DNA of 64,000 nt, taken from IMG/VR virus record IMGVR_UViG_3300027754_000060, positions 1-64,000 of that record; one strand, 5' to 3'. Under the pieces are notes generated by a model, which saw nothing but the letters and a program-made list of their open reading frames with translations, searched no databases and was not told where the DNA came from. Positions 9,701-19,608 of this stretch are shown here, in pieces. A program made the translations under genes and the position numbers. Numbering within the stretch: the first letter of the stretch is position 1; each line of letters opens with the position of its first letter. Source of the DNA: a virus.

Positions 9701-11873
9701 ATTATCGGGCATCAATACTGCAGGAATACTCCCCGGATTTTTAGCTATTTCGTCAGATAGTAAAAATATTTATATTGTCAATACATCGTCTAATAATGTT
9801 TGTATTTTAAATAGGACGCAAATAACTGGTAATCTACAATCTAATGGCACTATAGCTACTGGCAGTTCTCCTTTGGGAATAGCTATTTCTCCGGATGATA
9901 AGAATGTTTATGTGGTAAATAATGGAAGCGATACTGTTTCTATCTTTGATCGAGATATATCAACGGGAAATTTGAGTGCGTCTACTCCACCTACTTTTGC
10001 AGTGGGACAATCTCCTAAAAATATAGCTATCTCACCAGATGGAGAGAATGTTTATGTCACAAACAGTAATTCTAGCACTCTGTCAATATTAGACAGAAAC
10101 AAGGAAACCGGAGTCTTGACTAGTCTCGGAACTATTAGTACCGGATCGTCCCCAGTGTCTTATCCTGAAGATGTTGCTATTTCACCAGATGGCAAAAATG
10201 TATATGTCACAAGCTATAATACAGACAATATCTCTATATTTAGTAGAAATATCCAGGATGGAACCCTAACTGGAAGTACTAAAATTAGTGCCGCCTTGTC
10301 TCCTACGAGAATAGCTATTCCAGCAGATGGTAAGCAAGTTTATGTTACAAACTATAACTCTAATTATCAACAAAATACTATGTCTATTTTTAATAGAAAT
10401 TTGATAACTGGAGAATTAACTATTCCTTCTTCCTTATCAAAGCATCCTCTGACAGGAGCAGGAGCTCCATACGACATAGCTATTTCCCCTAATGGCAAAA
10501 ATATTTATGTTACAAATCCATCAAATAATAGTGTTTATGTTTTTAATAGAAGTGCTACTGGAGTATTAACCACAGTCTCAATAGCAACAATAGCAAAAGC
10601 TTACGCAATAGCTATTTCTCCTGATGGAGATAGTGTTTACGTTTCAATAAATAATTCTGGAACAGGCTCTATGGCCTCCTTCTCAGCTAGATCTTTGCCA
10701 AGAACTATAGGCACTCCATCTACTAATAGTGGGGTGGGCTTAGCCATATCTTCCGATGATCTATCTCTTTATGCTCAATATTATTCTAATGGTAAGATTA
10801 TAATTATCGACACTTTAGCAGAAACAAATTATGAGGGAAGCATATATGCTGGAGCTACTCCTCTAGGTATTGTAATTGGCAGGGATGATGGATTTTTATA
10901 TGTTTCTAATTATATGTCCAATCAAATCAGTAGAATAAATATATATACCAAAGAGAGAGATACTGTTCTAAATGTTGGAACAAAGCCAATAGGTATAGTT
11001 GTTAATAATAATAGTAGTTGTATTTTTACAGCAAACTCTGAGAGTAATAATATTACAAAATATTGCTTAGATAGACCATCTTGCTTTCCTACTCCTACTC
11101 CCACAAAAACATCAACGCTAACAACGACTCCTACTTTGACAATGTCTCCAACAGTAACTCCCACCTTGACTGTGTCTCCAACTACAACTTCCACTTTAAC
11201 AGTAACTCCTACATCTACGCAAACGCCAACAATTACTCCGACCATAAGCTTAACTCCATCAGAAACTCCTACGTCAACGCCAACGCCAACAATTACTCCA
11301 ACCATAAGTTTAACTCCATCTGTAACTCCTACGTCTACGCCAACGCCAACAATTACTCCAACCGTAAGCTTAACTCCATCAACAACTCCTGCCTCTACTC
11401 CGACCCCAACTATAACCCCAACTATAACTCCAACTATAAGTTTAACTCCATCAACAACTCCTACGTCTACTCCAACTCCAACAATTACTTTGACACCAAC
11501 GATTACTCCATCAGTAACAGTCACTCCAACTATCACTCCAACGATCACTCCAACAATAACTGCTACTTTTACTCCAACCCCAACAATAACGGCGACTATA
11601 ACTCCAACACCGTCGGTATCTCCAGCTGCTGTGGTACTGGGTATTACAGCAGTTCCAGCGTCTCCTAGGAATGGCTCTGGATATACGACATTCACAGCTC
11701 CGGCAGGCTCCTCCGCTCCCTATTCTTGGACAGTTGCTGGTGGTTCAATTTTCGTTAACTCCAGCCCTACAGCATCTTTTATCGATACTACGATCTATAT
11801 GACTGGGACTTATACTATAACCTGCGTTCATAGTGGGGGCACTACAACAACATTGACTTATTATGTCATCTAA
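6711..11873 (+). CDS. large multidomain protein: FGE/SUMF1-like domain (apparently permuted), Thr-Pro repeats, YVTN/lactonase-like beta-propeller, Thr-Pro repeats; probable virion adhesin or fiber
   Basis: [27 protein letters not shown] and [12 protein letters not shown] motifs; repeated [13 protein letters not shown] blades; long TPT tracts. Confidence 0.85.
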   Translation: MSHDPSNTNDSHCNSANFNSGADWNGQNGNVTTVGTNGSPSYYLTYDQTGNIKEWNNSTIDSINKGLRGGSWADTSANLTSRGSQDPRISTNVNGFRIATISNEYAFSSFVDIANSGNTADSTTYGAVSYNYKIQTYPVTNTEYTAFLNAVASTDTNAVYLQSMGSNVGGISRTGNPGSYVYSVRTNMGNKPVCFISWFMAARFANWLHNNRISGLQGDATTEDGAYNLDGTTLVPKDGSAKYWIPTENEWYKAAYYDPDKSGGAGYWDYATQSDSAPTAVTATSTGDGSLPSVCVTPTPTPTITLTRTPTITITPTITLTRTPTITITPSVTPTITVTPTITVTKTPTMTKTVTKTPTITPTVTKTITRTPTVTRTITPTITITKTVTPTVTRTPTITNTPSKTFNPPHKIGQLIFDQKIYGKNDLTVIYKGFKLVGSIKTPIIEVREPFDVTPTVTPSITPTNTPTNTITPTVTPTVTITPTITPTRTLTPTITVTSTITPTVTTTKTPTITPTISLTPTRTITPTVTKTPTVTKTPTRTITPTATVTSTITPTRTITPTVTKTPTVTKTPTKTPTVTKTPTRTITPTVTATSTITPTRTKTPTTTKTPTVTKTPTVTATPTKTPTITPTRTITPTITPTITPTRTITPTITPTITPTSTLTPTITPTKTPTRTSTITPTITPSITPTITPTLTITPTITSTPSITPTITPTISLTPSITPTITITSTITPTITPTSTPTITPTLTPTPTITPTVTPTISLTPSITPTKCISGYVSKNTFTALSPGYSSPETIVLDSNNEYGYVLGLGSSGSASHSIINRIRLSDNIIVPFSNNASEILIFNTTGLATDITLGPMVIDSTDTYLYVLSPFSIYKISIATGITTNVFYPPFGQFAGDIAISSDNIPYIYASFFGGGVSPPVISTSYPYVAKINTSTGAVFNILVSKDDYYGSISSDQKNRPNGLVVSKDNTLVYFILPNGYIYKIGTGSFEYSATLLSGINTAGILPGFLAISSDSKNIYIVNTSSNNVCILNRTQITGNLQSNGTIATGSSPLGIAISPDDKNVYVVNNGSDTVSIFDRDISTGNLSASTPPTFAVGQSPKNIAISPDGENVYVTNSNSSTLSILDRNKETGVLTSLGTISTGSSPVSYPEDVAISPDGKNVYVTSYNTDNISIFSRNIQDGTLTGSTKISAALSPTRIAIPADGKQVYVTNYNSNYQQNTMSIFNRNLITGELTIPSSLSKHPLTGAGAPYDIAISPNGKNIYVTNPSNNSVYVFNRSATGVLTTVSIATIAKAYAIAISPDGDSVYVSINNSGTGSMASFSARSLPRTIGTPSTNSGVGLAISSDDLSLYAQYYSNGKIIIIDTLAETNYEGSIYAGATPLGIVIGRDDGFLYVSNYMSNQISRINIYTKERDTVLNVGTKPIGIVVNNNSSCIFTANSESNNITKYCLDRPSCFPTPTPTKTSTLTTTPTLTMSPTVTPTLTVSPTTTSTLTVTPTSTQTPTITPTISLTPSETPTSTPTPTITPTISLTPSVTPTSTPTPTITPTVSLTPSTTPASTPTPTITPTITPTISLTPSTTPTSTPTPTITLTPTITPSVTVTPTITPTITPTITATFTPTPTITATITPTPSVSPAAVVLGITAVPASPRNGSGYTTFTAPAGSSAPYSWTVAGGSIFVNSSPTASFIDTTIYMTGTYTITCVHSGGTTTTLTYYVI
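7598..9020 (+). repeat. Thr/Pro (TPTITP-like) low-complexity coding repeats, interrupted at ~7925-8065
   Basis: actccaac/accccaac units translating to TPT repeats. Confidence 0.95.
11088..11622 (+). repeat. second Thr/Pro tract with ~60-bp higher-order units
   Basis: [19 protein letters not shown] repeated. Confidence 0.9.
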
Positions 11874-11895
11874 CTTTCTCAAACTGCGGCCACAG

Positions 11896-11910
11896 GGTGT
11901 ATTTTATAAT
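11896..11910 (+). promoter_or_regulatory. GGTGTA motif
   Basis: GGTGTATTTTATAAT in the gap upstream of 11949. Confidence 0.55.
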
Positions 11911-11948
11911 TAGAGTAACTTAAGACAATAAGATAAATAGGTGCTTAA

Positions 11949-12338
11949 ATGGACAAAGAAAAGCTTGAACAAATAGCTCAAAAGGTTATATCTAACATAA
12001 AAAATCAGAATAAAGATGATAATTTTGGTTTTATTATAACTGTCCTAATGATCATAAGTATTGTCTTAACATGTATAAGGATTATTCAAGAGTGTCATAA
12101 AAATAAAAGATTTGAAGAAGTGTCAGAAAAGGGACAGTTTTATTCAGAAAAAGTTCACACTTTAACAAGATTTCCTAACTGGTATGCTAGACATAAGGTT
12201 AAAAAAATAGTTAGAAAAGAACTGTCTCCAGAAGACTATAAGCGATATGGATTAGATCTCACAGATGCTCTATTCGTTACTGGAGCAGATCTCACGGAGG
12301 AAGAAACTCAAACCCTAGTGGAGGCTGCTAATGTTTAA
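11949..12338 (+). CDS. hypothetical membrane protein
   Basis: TM segment FGFIITVLMIISIVLTCI. Confidence 0.75.
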   Translation: MDKEKLEQIAQKVISNIKNQNKDDNFGFIITVLMIISIVLTCIRIIQECHKNKRFEEVSEKGQFYSEKVHTLTRFPNWYARHKVKKIVRKELSPEDYKRYGLDLTDALFVTGADLTEEETQTLVEAANV

Positions 12339-12576
12339 TTTAATAGTGTGGTGTGTTTATGGAATTTTTGTTGGAACAATTGCAAAGAGTATAGTGCCAG
12401 GAGAAGAAAATTTTGGATTTTGGAAAACTATAGCATTAGGGGTTGCAGGATCCTACGCAGGAGGTATAATAACCTATCTACTCGGGATTACTCCTCTTCA
12501 GCCAGCTGGAGTAATTATGGGTGTAGCAGGAGCGATTACATCCTTAGTTTTTTATAAACATTTATTGGAAAAGTAG
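12331..12576 (+). CDS. GlsB/YeaQ/YmgE (transglycosylase-associated) family membrane protein
   Basis: W.VYGIFVGTIAKSIVPG...TIALGVAGSYAGG pattern with three TM segments; RBS ggagg. Confidence 0.8.
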   Translation: MFNLIVWCVYGIFVGTIAKSIVPGEENFGFWKTIALGVAGSYAGGIITYLLGITPLQPAGVIMGVAGAITSLVFYKHLLEK

Positions 12577-12584
12577 ATTAGACA

Positions 12585-13376
12585 ATGTCAGAGAAAGAAT
12601 TATTGGATGAAGAATCTATTGCTACGGGTTTAAGAACTATTTTTACAAGAATACAAAGAAGAGATACTATAGATGCCCTACAGCTGCTGAGCGAAGAACT
12701 AAGCAGTATTGATCCTAAAGATTTAAAATTTAGTGAGATTGTAGAACAGCTCGGTGGATTTCGTCAAATTGGTAAAGTTATTGCTTTGATTCATGAATTT
12801 GCAACAGCCCAAGGGGGTCAGGGGTCATTAGCTAAAGATGCTATGATTGATGATTCTATAGTCTCTATTAATCAATATTATTCTAAACTATCTCGTCCAT
12901 CATGGGATGAATATTTTTTATCTTTAGCCTTTAATATATCGTTGAGATCAGAAGATCCAGATATAAAACATGGTTCAGTTATAGTGAATCAATATCATCA
13001 AATTATTGGAACAGGATATAACGGGCCCATTAAAGGATCGATTAATGCTTTGATACCTCTACATATTAGAGAAGAAAAAAGAAAATGGATGATACACGCA
13101 GAAGAAAACAGTATTCTGAATAGTACTCAGAATCCATCAGAAAGAGGAGATGGCTGTAAAATATATATTACTGGCCAACCCTGTAATCATTGTTTGCAGC
13201 GTATTATTAATTTTGGCATTAAAAAAATAATTATTGCTGACAGAATAGGCTCTATCACAGAAAATGATGAAATGAATATAATGAGAGATAAACTACTAGA
13301 AATGTCTGGTGCTAAAATAGAAAAATTTTCTACAAACAATATGTGGTTGAAAAGATTTTGCCAAGGTGTAATATGA
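12585..13376 (+). CDS. dCMP deaminase (ComEB-like) with a ~100-aa N-terminal extension
   Basis: RPSWDEYF, RSED, GTGYNG, HAEENS and PCNHC zinc motifs. Confidence 0.9.
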   Translation: MSEKELLDEESIATGLRTIFTRIQRRDTIDALQLLSEELSSIDPKDLKFSEIVEQLGGFRQIGKVIALIHEFATAQGGQGSLAKDAMIDDSIVSINQYYSKLSRPSWDEYFLSLAFNISLRSEDPDIKHGSVIVNQYHQIIGTGYNGPIKGSINALIPLHIREEKRKWMIHAEENSILNSTQNPSERGDGCKIYITGQPCNHCLQRIINFGIKKIIIADRIGSITENDEMNIMRDKLLEMSGAKIEKFSTNNMWLKRFCQGVI

Positions 13377-13525
13377 ACGTACTGTCTATTTGTTTTTACT
13401 TCTCTGTATGCTCTTTTTTTTATCTAGAAGCTTTCGGGGATCCAAACATCAACGAACAACATCAACTCGTTACTATTCTTGGGCTAATGGCTATTTTAAA
13501 TAGAGAAGAAAGAGATAAAAAATGA
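13373..13525 (+). CDS. small hydrophobic protein
   Basis: The ATG at 13373 gives ATGA overlaps at both ends. Confidence 0.6.
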   Translation: MNVLSICFYFSVCSFFYLEAFGDPNINEQHQLVTILGLMAILNREERDKK

Positions 13526-14493
13526 TATTCGACGAACAAATAACTAGAAAACCAGACAAATATCCTTGGACGCAAGATTTCATAGAAGCTATGCACAATG
13601 GCTTTTGGACAGTTAGGGAATTTAATTTTCAGAGTGATATTCAGGACTTTAGGGTTTCTCTTAGTGATCAAGAAAAAATAATTATAACCAGGGCCCTATC
13701 TACTATCGGTCAATTAGAAATTTCAGTTAAAAAGTTTTGGGCTAAAATTGGAGACAATCTACCCCACCCATCTATTAATGATATGGGATATGTAATGGCT
13801 AATGTAGAGGTTGTTCATGGAGACGCGTACGAAAGATTGTTAGAAGTTCTTGGGATAGAAGATTCGTTTGAAGAAATCTTAAAATTAGATATGATTAAGG
13901 GCCGGGTCAACTATCTTAGAAAACATCTTCATAAATTTCACTCTGATAATAAAAAACAGTTTATTTATTCCCTAATTCTATTTACCCTGTTTGTAGAAAA
14001 TATAGCCCTATTCTCTCAGTTCTATACCATAGGTTTTTTCTCAAGATATAAAAATGTTTTGAAGGACACCAATAAACAAGTAGAATATACTTCAAGAGAA
14101 GAAAATTTACATGCTATGATAGGGATCAAATTGATCAATACTATTAGAGAAGAATATCCAGAAATCTTTGATGAAGAACTAGAAGCTAAAATCTCTTATG
14201 AAGCTAAAGAAGCTGTTAAGTATGAGTGTCAAATAGCAGAATGGATTATAAATGGCTATGAGCACGACAAACTCAATGCTGCTCTGCTCAAAGAATTTAT
14301 TAAAAATAGAATGAATGAATCTTTAGTGAGTATTGGTTATGATAAAATTTTTGATACTAACAATGAACTATTAACTAAGACGATATGGTTTGATGAACAA
14401 GTTTTGGGTAATAATATGACAGATTTTTTTCATTCTCGTCCAGTAGAATATTCTAAAAAATCTCAGAGTTTTGCTGAGGAAGATTTGTTCTAA
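13522..14493 (+). CDS. nrdB: ribonucleotide reductase class I beta subunit
   Basis: FW..EF, EVVHGDAY (radical Tyr), VENIALFSQF, EENLH and DFF..RPVEY. Confidence 0.95.
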   Translation: MIFDEQITRKPDKYPWTQDFIEAMHNGFWTVREFNFQSDIQDFRVSLSDQEKIIITRALSTIGQLEISVKKFWAKIGDNLPHPSINDMGYVMANVEVVHGDAYERLLEVLGIEDSFEEILKLDMIKGRVNYLRKHLHKFHSDNKKQFIYSLILFTLFVENIALFSQFYTIGFFSRYKNVLKDTNKQVEYTSREENLHAMIGIKLINTIREEYPEIFDEELEAKISYEAKEAVKYECQIAEWIINGYEHDKLNAALLKEFIKNRMNESLVSIGYDKIFDTNNELLTKTIWFDEQVLGNNMTDFFHSRPVEYSKKSQSFAEEDLF

Positions 14494-14551
14494 TATAGAT
14501 AGATCACCAAAAGACACGCAGGAAAATCAATAGGATGGATTTTACGACATA

Positions 14552-16204
14552 ATGCAATATAAAGAATATTATTGGCTTAATTCTCACAGTCGCCTCTTTT
14601 TAGAAAGAGGATATTTATCCGATAATCAAACTCCAGAAGATAGATACAAACAAATATCTGATAATGCAGAAAAAATATTAAAGATCAAGGGTTTTTCTAA
14701 AAAGTTTAATGAGTATTTAGCAAAAGGCTTTTATAGCTTAGCCACTCCAATTATTACTAATTTTGGGAATACTCGGGGTTTGCCAGTATCTTGTTTTGGG
14801 TCATATGTCAAAGATACTATGGAGTCTATTCTTACAAAAACTGCTGAAGTTGGAATGATGAGTAAAATGGGTGGTGGAACTAGTGGGTATTTTGGAGATT
14901 TAAGAGCTAGGGGTTCCAAGATTAGTGTTGGGGGCGAATCTAGTGGTCCCATACATTTTATGGAACTTTTTGACAAGGTAGCAGAAGTTATTTCTCAGGG
15001 ATCAGCCAGAAGAGGATCTTTTGCAGCGTATCTACCAGTAGATCATCCAGATATAGAAGAATTTCTACAGATTAGATCAGAGGGTCATCCTATTCAGAAT
15101 ATGAGTATTGGAATAACTATTAGTGATAAATGGATGACAGACATGACCAATGGAGATAAGAGCAAAAGAGGAATATGGGCAAAGGTTATTCAAAAAAGAT
15201 TTGAGACCGGTTATCCATATATTATGTTTAGTGACACAACAAATAATAATTGTCCAAAAGTTTATAAAGATAAAAAAATCACAATCAAAGCCTCAAATTT
15301 GTGCAGTGAAATCCAATTACAATCTGATGAGAATAATTCTTTTGTTTGTGTTTTATCTTCCTTAAATCTATTACATTGGGATGAAATCAAAGATACTGAC
15401 GCAATAGAGACCCTTATATATTTCTTAGACTCTGTTAATGAAGAGTTTATATCTAAAACTAAAGATATGAAATTTATGGAATCGGCCAATAAGTTTGCTT
15501 CTTCACAAAGAGCTTTAGGTATGGGTGTTTTAGGATGGCACTCTTTCTTACAGTCCAAAATGATACCTTTTGAAAGTTTAGAAGCTAAGATGCTTAATTC
15601 TAGTATCTGGAAGGTTATTAGAGAAAAGGCCGATAAAGCATCTGTAGAACTAGCCTCCCTATTTGGGGAGCCAGAACTATTAAAGGGGTATGGCCGTAGG
15701 AATGTCACCACGCTCTCTATAGCGCCCACTACGTCGAGTTCTTTTATTTTAGGGCAAGTCAGCCCCAGTATAGAACCTTTAAATTCTAACTACTTTGTCA
15801 AGAATCTGGCCAAAGGTAAATTTACCTATAAAAATCCATATCTTAAAGAAGTCTTAAAGAATCATAAAAGACATGACGATGAAACCTGGAAGACCATTTT
15901 AGTTAAGGGTGGGTCCGTGCAACACCTAAAATTTTTATCAGATATAGAAAAATCTGTTTTTAAAACATTTGGGGAAATAAGCCAAAAAGAAATAGTTATA
16001 CAGGCATCACAAAGACAAAAATATATAGATCAATCTCAGTCTTTAAATATTATGATAGGCCCAGAGTGTTCTGCTAAAGAAGTTAGTAAATTATTAATAG
16101 AGGGATGGAAGATGGGTATAAAAACATTTTATTATCAAAGATCCGCAAACCCCGCACAAGAATTAGCCCGATCCATATTATCCTGTATCTCCTGTGAGTC
16201 ATAA
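14552..16204 (+). CDS. nrdA: ribonucleotide reductase class I alpha subunit (short, no ATP cone)
   Basis: ATP..N.G, SCF, GGG.S, SNLCSEI, IAPTTSSS, YYQR and C-terminal CISCES. Confidence 0.95.
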   Translation: MQYKEYYWLNSHSRLFLERGYLSDNQTPEDRYKQISDNAEKILKIKGFSKKFNEYLAKGFYSLATPIITNFGNTRGLPVSCFGSYVKDTMESILTKTAEVGMMSKMGGGTSGYFGDLRARGSKISVGGESSGPIHFMELFDKVAEVISQGSARRGSFAAYLPVDHPDIEEFLQIRSEGHPIQNMSIGITISDKWMTDMTNGDKSKRGIWAKVIQKRFETGYPYIMFSDTTNNNCPKVYKDKKITIKASNLCSEIQLQSDENNSFVCVLSSLNLLHWDEIKDTDAIETLIYFLDSVNEEFISKTKDMKFMESANKFASSQRALGMGVLGWHSFLQSKMIPFESLEAKMLNSSIWKVIREKADKASVELASLFGEPELLKGYGRRNVTTLSIAPTTSSSFILGQVSPSIEPLNSNYFVKNLAKGKFTYKNPYLKEVLKNHKRHDDETWKTILVKGGSVQHLKFLSDIEKSVFKTFGEISQKEIVIQASQRQKYIDQSQSLNIMIGPECSAKEVSKLLIEGWKMGIKTFYYQRSANPAQELARSILSCISCES

Positions 16205-16629
16205 TGATAAATATAAAAAAATTAGATGAAAAAGCAATAATCCCAACAAGATCTCATATTAATGATGCTGGAGCAGATCTTTATTCTATAGAAGATATTG
16301 TTATTCCACCATCTTCTAGAGCTACAATAAAAACTGGAATATCTATAGAAATACCCACTGGTTTTTATGGCAGAGTAGCTCCAAGATCCGGTCTAGCAGC
16401 AAAACATGGGATTGATATTTTAGCAGGAGTTGTGGATAGTTCATATCGTGGGGAAATACTTGTTGTTATGTTAAACACAGATACTTCAAATTCTTTTACG
16501 GTTAATTGTGGAGATAGAATAGCCCAGTTGATTGTGCAGGAGCATCAGAATTATTATTTTATTGAATCAGAAGAATTATCATCAACAGATAGGGGCTCTG
16601 GGGGTTTTGGGTCTAGTGGATCTAAATAA
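16204..16629 (+). CDS. dut: trimeric dUTPase
   Basis: AGADL, PRSGLA, GVVDSSYRGE, RIAQL and RGSGGFGSSG. Confidence 0.97.
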   Translation: MINIKKLDEKAIIPTRSHINDAGADLYSIEDIVIPPSSRATIKTGISIEIPTGFYGRVAPRSGLAAKHGIDILAGVVDSSYRGEILVVMLNTDTSNSFTVNCGDRIAQLIVQEHQNYYFIESEELSSTDRGSGGFGSSGSK

Positions 16630-16638
16630 TTATATAAT

Positions 16639-16650
16639 GGTGTATTTATA
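16639..16650 (+). promoter_or_regulatory. GGTGTA motif
   Basis: GGTGTATTTATA at the start of the 173-bp gap before phoH. Confidence 0.5.
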
Positions 16651-16802
16651 TTGTGTGATGATTATAAATAAACTATAATATGGGTCCCTCTTGAAAAATA
16701 CATTAAACTATTACCCAATTATAAAAGGAAGCATTGCCCTTAATCATATTCTAGCGACTATACCTAAGACCAATATCTATTTCAAGATCTACGAGGTGTT
16801 GT

Positions 16803-17537
16803 TTGAGAAAAAATAGCAATAAGAACTCTTCTATAAAAAAGCCTAAGCCTATAAATGCCACGAATAAAATCACATACCCAGAAGCTTACAGAAACAGATT
16901 AAAAGCAAGGTCAAATAATCAACAAAAATACATAGACGATATAATAGCTAATCATGTGACATTTGCACAGGGCCCAGCAGGATCTGGTAAAACATTAATA
17001 TCTGTTGGCATGGCAATTGAATATTTATTAGACGATAAGGTTAAAAAGATTATTTTCACAAGACCCGTTGTTGAGGTAGGAGCTAGTATAGGCTATCTTC
17101 CTGGCACTGCTGAAGAAAAACTCCACCCATACCTATTACCAATATTAGATGAAATCGCCTATTTTATTTCTCCTGCACAATATGCTTCTCTTAAATTGAG
17201 CAACAGAATAGAAGTTGTTCCATTGAATCTAATGAGAGGAAGAACCTTCAACAACTCTTTTATTGTTTGTGATGAATCTCAAAATGCTTCATACGATCAA
17301 TTAAAAATGCTCTTGACAAGAATAGGAAAAGACAGTAAAATGATTATCAATGGAGATAACATGCAGTCTGATCTTCCGAGACATGCTCAAGGGGGTCTTT
17401 TTACAATGACAGAACAGCTATGTGGTATTCCAGGCATCGGTGTCTCGGTACTGGAAATTTCAGACATTGTTAGAAATCCTATTATTTCTCAGATCATTAT
17501 AAAATTAGAAGAGTATGAAAAACAAAGAACACAATAA
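16803..17537 (+). CDS. phoH: PhoH-family ATPase
   Basis: GPAGSGKT, RP.VE, GYLPG, MRGRTF, DESQN, LTRIG, GD..QSD and VRNP; TTG start after gaggtg. Confidence 0.95.
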   Translation: MRKNSNKNSSIKKPKPINATNKITYPEAYRNRLKARSNNQQKYIDDIIANHVTFAQGPAGSGKTLISVGMAIEYLLDDKVKKIIFTRPVVEVGASIGYLPGTAEEKLHPYLLPILDEIAYFISPAQYASLKLSNRIEVVPLNLMRGRTFNNSFIVCDESQNASYDQLKMLLTRIGKDSKMIINGDNMQSDLPRHAQGGLFTMTEQLCGIPGIGVSVLEISDIVRNPIISQIIIKLEEYEKQRTQ

Positions 17538-18108
17538 GTGCTTAGTTCTTAATGTTGACTACGCTCCTCTTTATCTCATCTCTTGGAAAAGGGCTGTGAT
17601 CTTGAGCATGAAACATGTGGATAAAAAAAATAATGGGGTCGAGATTATAGAATTTTTTGATGATGATTATATTCAGGGAACTAATAATCAAAAATTTTTA
17701 ATACCAGCAGTTGCTAGGATTCTAAAATTTAGGAATAATGGAGAAGCTACGATAAAGTTCAATAGAAGCAACGTATTTATTAGAGATGGGCTTAAATGTC
17801 AATATTGTGGGAAATGCAAAACTGTAAAGGAATTGACTTATGATCATGTTATACCCAAGAGTCAGTGGGACTACTCAAAGTCTAATAATCCAACTAATTG
17901 GACAAATATAGTAACGTCGTGTATATCTTGTAATAGAAAAAAATCTAATAGAACACCAAAACAAGCTGGTATGACCATTATAACTACTCCAGAAAAACCT
18001 CATAAGAACATCAAATACTTGCCATTAGCCCACCATCTATCTAGAATAGGTTACGGGATTCCCAATGAATGGAAAATATTTTTAGGAAAGATATCTTTAA
18101 ATGACTAA
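17515..18108 (+). CDS. HNH endonuclease (McrA-like)
   Basis: LVLN..Y.PL, RD..KCQYCG, TYDHVIPKS and NIVTSCISCN. Confidence 0.92.
   Translation: MKNKEHNKCLVLNVDYAPLYLISWKRAVILSMKHVDKKNNGVEIIEFFDDDYIQGTNNQKFLIPAVARILKFRNNGEATIKFNRSNVFIRDGLKCQYCGKCKTVKELTYDHVIPKSQWDYSKSNNPTNWTNIVTSCISCNRKKSNRTPKQAGMTIITTPEKPHKNIKYLPLAHHLSRIGYGIPNEWKIFLGKISLND
18019..18047 (+). promoter_or_regulatory. putative sigma70-type promoter TTGCCA-N17-TAGAAT
   Basis: Near-consensus hexamers with a 17-nt spacer, just over 50 nt upstream of the 18101 gene. Confidence 0.45.
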
Positions 18109-18505
18109 AAAAGACTTTAGTATAGATACTAATGAGGCCCAAGAAGATTTTTATTGTTTGATTGGACAGGAAGATTTTTCAGATTCAGAACAACTCCCCA
18201 GATCCAAAGAGAACGATTCAAAAGTCTGTGCAAAACGCATACAAAATAAAAAATCTAAGCATTTTGAGGGTGGAACAATAGGATACAGATACTATATAAA
18301 GATTTCCCCAGAGCTTATACTTTTTAATCCTATTAAACTCAATTCCTCAGTTAAAGACAAGCCTAAATTCCATCATATTAATAAGATCTGTAAAAGCGAG
18401 TGGACATTTAAAGAAGTGGATTTCTCTATTTTTAATAAATACCTCAATTTTTTAAAAACTGGCGATATAAAATGGTTAAAGGATGCAGAAAGGCAGTTAC
18501 AATAA
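18101..18505 (+). CDS. hypothetical protein (paralog of 19222..19608)
   Basis: Shared motifs YC..G.ED, YI.IS...L.NPI and YLNFL....I.WL..AER. Confidence 0.8.
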   Translation: MTKKDFSIDTNEAQEDFYCLIGQEDFSDSEQLPRSKENDSKVCAKRIQNKKSKHFEGGTIGYRYYIKISPELILFNPIKLNSSVKDKPKFHHINKICKSEWTFKEVDFSIFNKYLNFLKTGDIKWLKDAERQLQ

Positions 18506-18507
18506 TT

Positions 18508-18852
18508 ATGCCCCAGTATACTTATTTTTGTAATTCTTGTGAAAAAAAGATCGAACTAGTTCTGTCTTATGCAGAATACGAGAAGAATAAAATAAGATGT
18601 AATAATTGTGGGTCCCTAAAAGTTACAAGATCTTTCTCAGATGATATGATTGGCATATCCTCCTGTGTTAAAAAACATGATAGCGAACTGAAAACTATTG
18701 GGGATCTAGCAAATAGAAATAACGACAAATTTAGCGAAGATAAGAAAGCATCTTTAAGAAACAAACATAATGAGTACAAAGAAGATACGTCTTATCAAAA
18801 AGAGCTTCCTTCTGGTATGAGTAGAATTAAAAAACCCAGGAAAAACACATGA
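18508..18852 (+). CDS. FmdB-like zinc-ribbon protein
   Basis: MPQYTYFCNSC...CNNCGS; start moved to the ATG at 18508. Confidence 0.8.
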   Translation: MPQYTYFCNSCEKKIELVLSYAEYEKNKIRCNNCGSLKVTRSFSDDMIGISSCVKKHDSELKTIGDLANRNNDKFSEDKKASLRNKHNEYKEDTSYQKELPSGMSRIKKPRKNT

Positions 18853-19232
18853 CAGAAGATAAACTGCCAGAAGAACTACCGGAAAATGTTTTGCGAGGTA
18901 TCAAAGATCTTTTAGAGTCTTCTAAAGACGATCAGCAAAAAGAAACAGAAAAAGTATATTCTGACTATGAGCAATTACCAAAACCAGACCAAGTAGAAAA
19001 ACTAATTGATTGTAAGACAGAGTTAGTTTTTACGATTGTTGGAGATGCTATAGAAGTATCTGGAGATTCCTACTTTTCAAAAAAAGTATTTGATAGGAGC
19101 TATCATATCGAAGTTCCAGAGAGTGAAGACTATGAATTATTTATGAGCGTCTTTTTTGATCATCTGGAAAAATGTTTAGAGCAATCTGTAAAACAAGTTA
19201 TGCCAAAAAAGGATTCCAGTAGTGATGGATAG
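18849..19232 (+). CDS. hypothetical acidic protein
   Basis: 127-aa ORF with ATGA coupling. Confidence 0.75.
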   Translation: MTEDKLPEELPENVLRGIKDLLESSKDDQQKETEKVYSDYEQLPKPDQVEKLIDCKTELVFTIVGDAIEVSGDSYFSKKVFDRSYHIEVPESEDYELFMSVFFDHLEKCLEQSVKQVMPKKDSSSDG

Positions 19233-19608
19233 TTTTATTTTCCAGCAAAAGCAACAAGACAATAATTCCAAAGAAATGGAAGAAAGATACTATTGTATTC
19301 TTGGTTCTGAAGACTATATGGATGATGAGGGCTTTCCAAGAAAAAAAAATATGGATAGCTCGGTAGTTGCTAGATCAATACAAGGAAGGGATTCCTGTCG
19401 TCATTATATAAGAATTTCTCAAAACAAAAAACTATATAATCCAATATCCGTTCTGGACGATGACCGATCTTCAGACTTTCTGGACAGTGTCTGTAGATCT
19501 TCCGATTCTTTTAAATCTGTCAACAATAAAATATTTAGTATGTATCTAAATTTTTTGATTTCCAAAAACATAGCATGGCTCCACAGAGCAGAAAGAGAGA
19601 TGGCATGA
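19222..19608 (+). CDS. hypothetical protein (paralog of 18101..18505)
   Basis: Shared motifs as listed for 18101..18505. Confidence 0.8.
   Translation: MMDSFIFQQKQQDNNSKEMEERYYCILGSEDYMDDEGFPRKKNMDSSVVARSIQGRDSCRHYIRISQNKKLYNPISVLDDDRSSDFLDSVCRSSDSFKSVNNKIFSMYLNFLISKNIAWLHRAEREMA

Noticed and set aside
7517-11695. Val/Gly-rich antisense ORFs and Asn/Ser-rich alternative-frame ORFs
   Set aside because: These are by-products of the Thr/Pro codon repeats.
16630-16802. Structured ncRNA or riboswitch upstream of phoH
   Set aside because: Only short pairings (tcttgaaa/tttcaaga, tgggt/accca) in AT-rich sequence and no recognisable family; insufficient support without covariation data.
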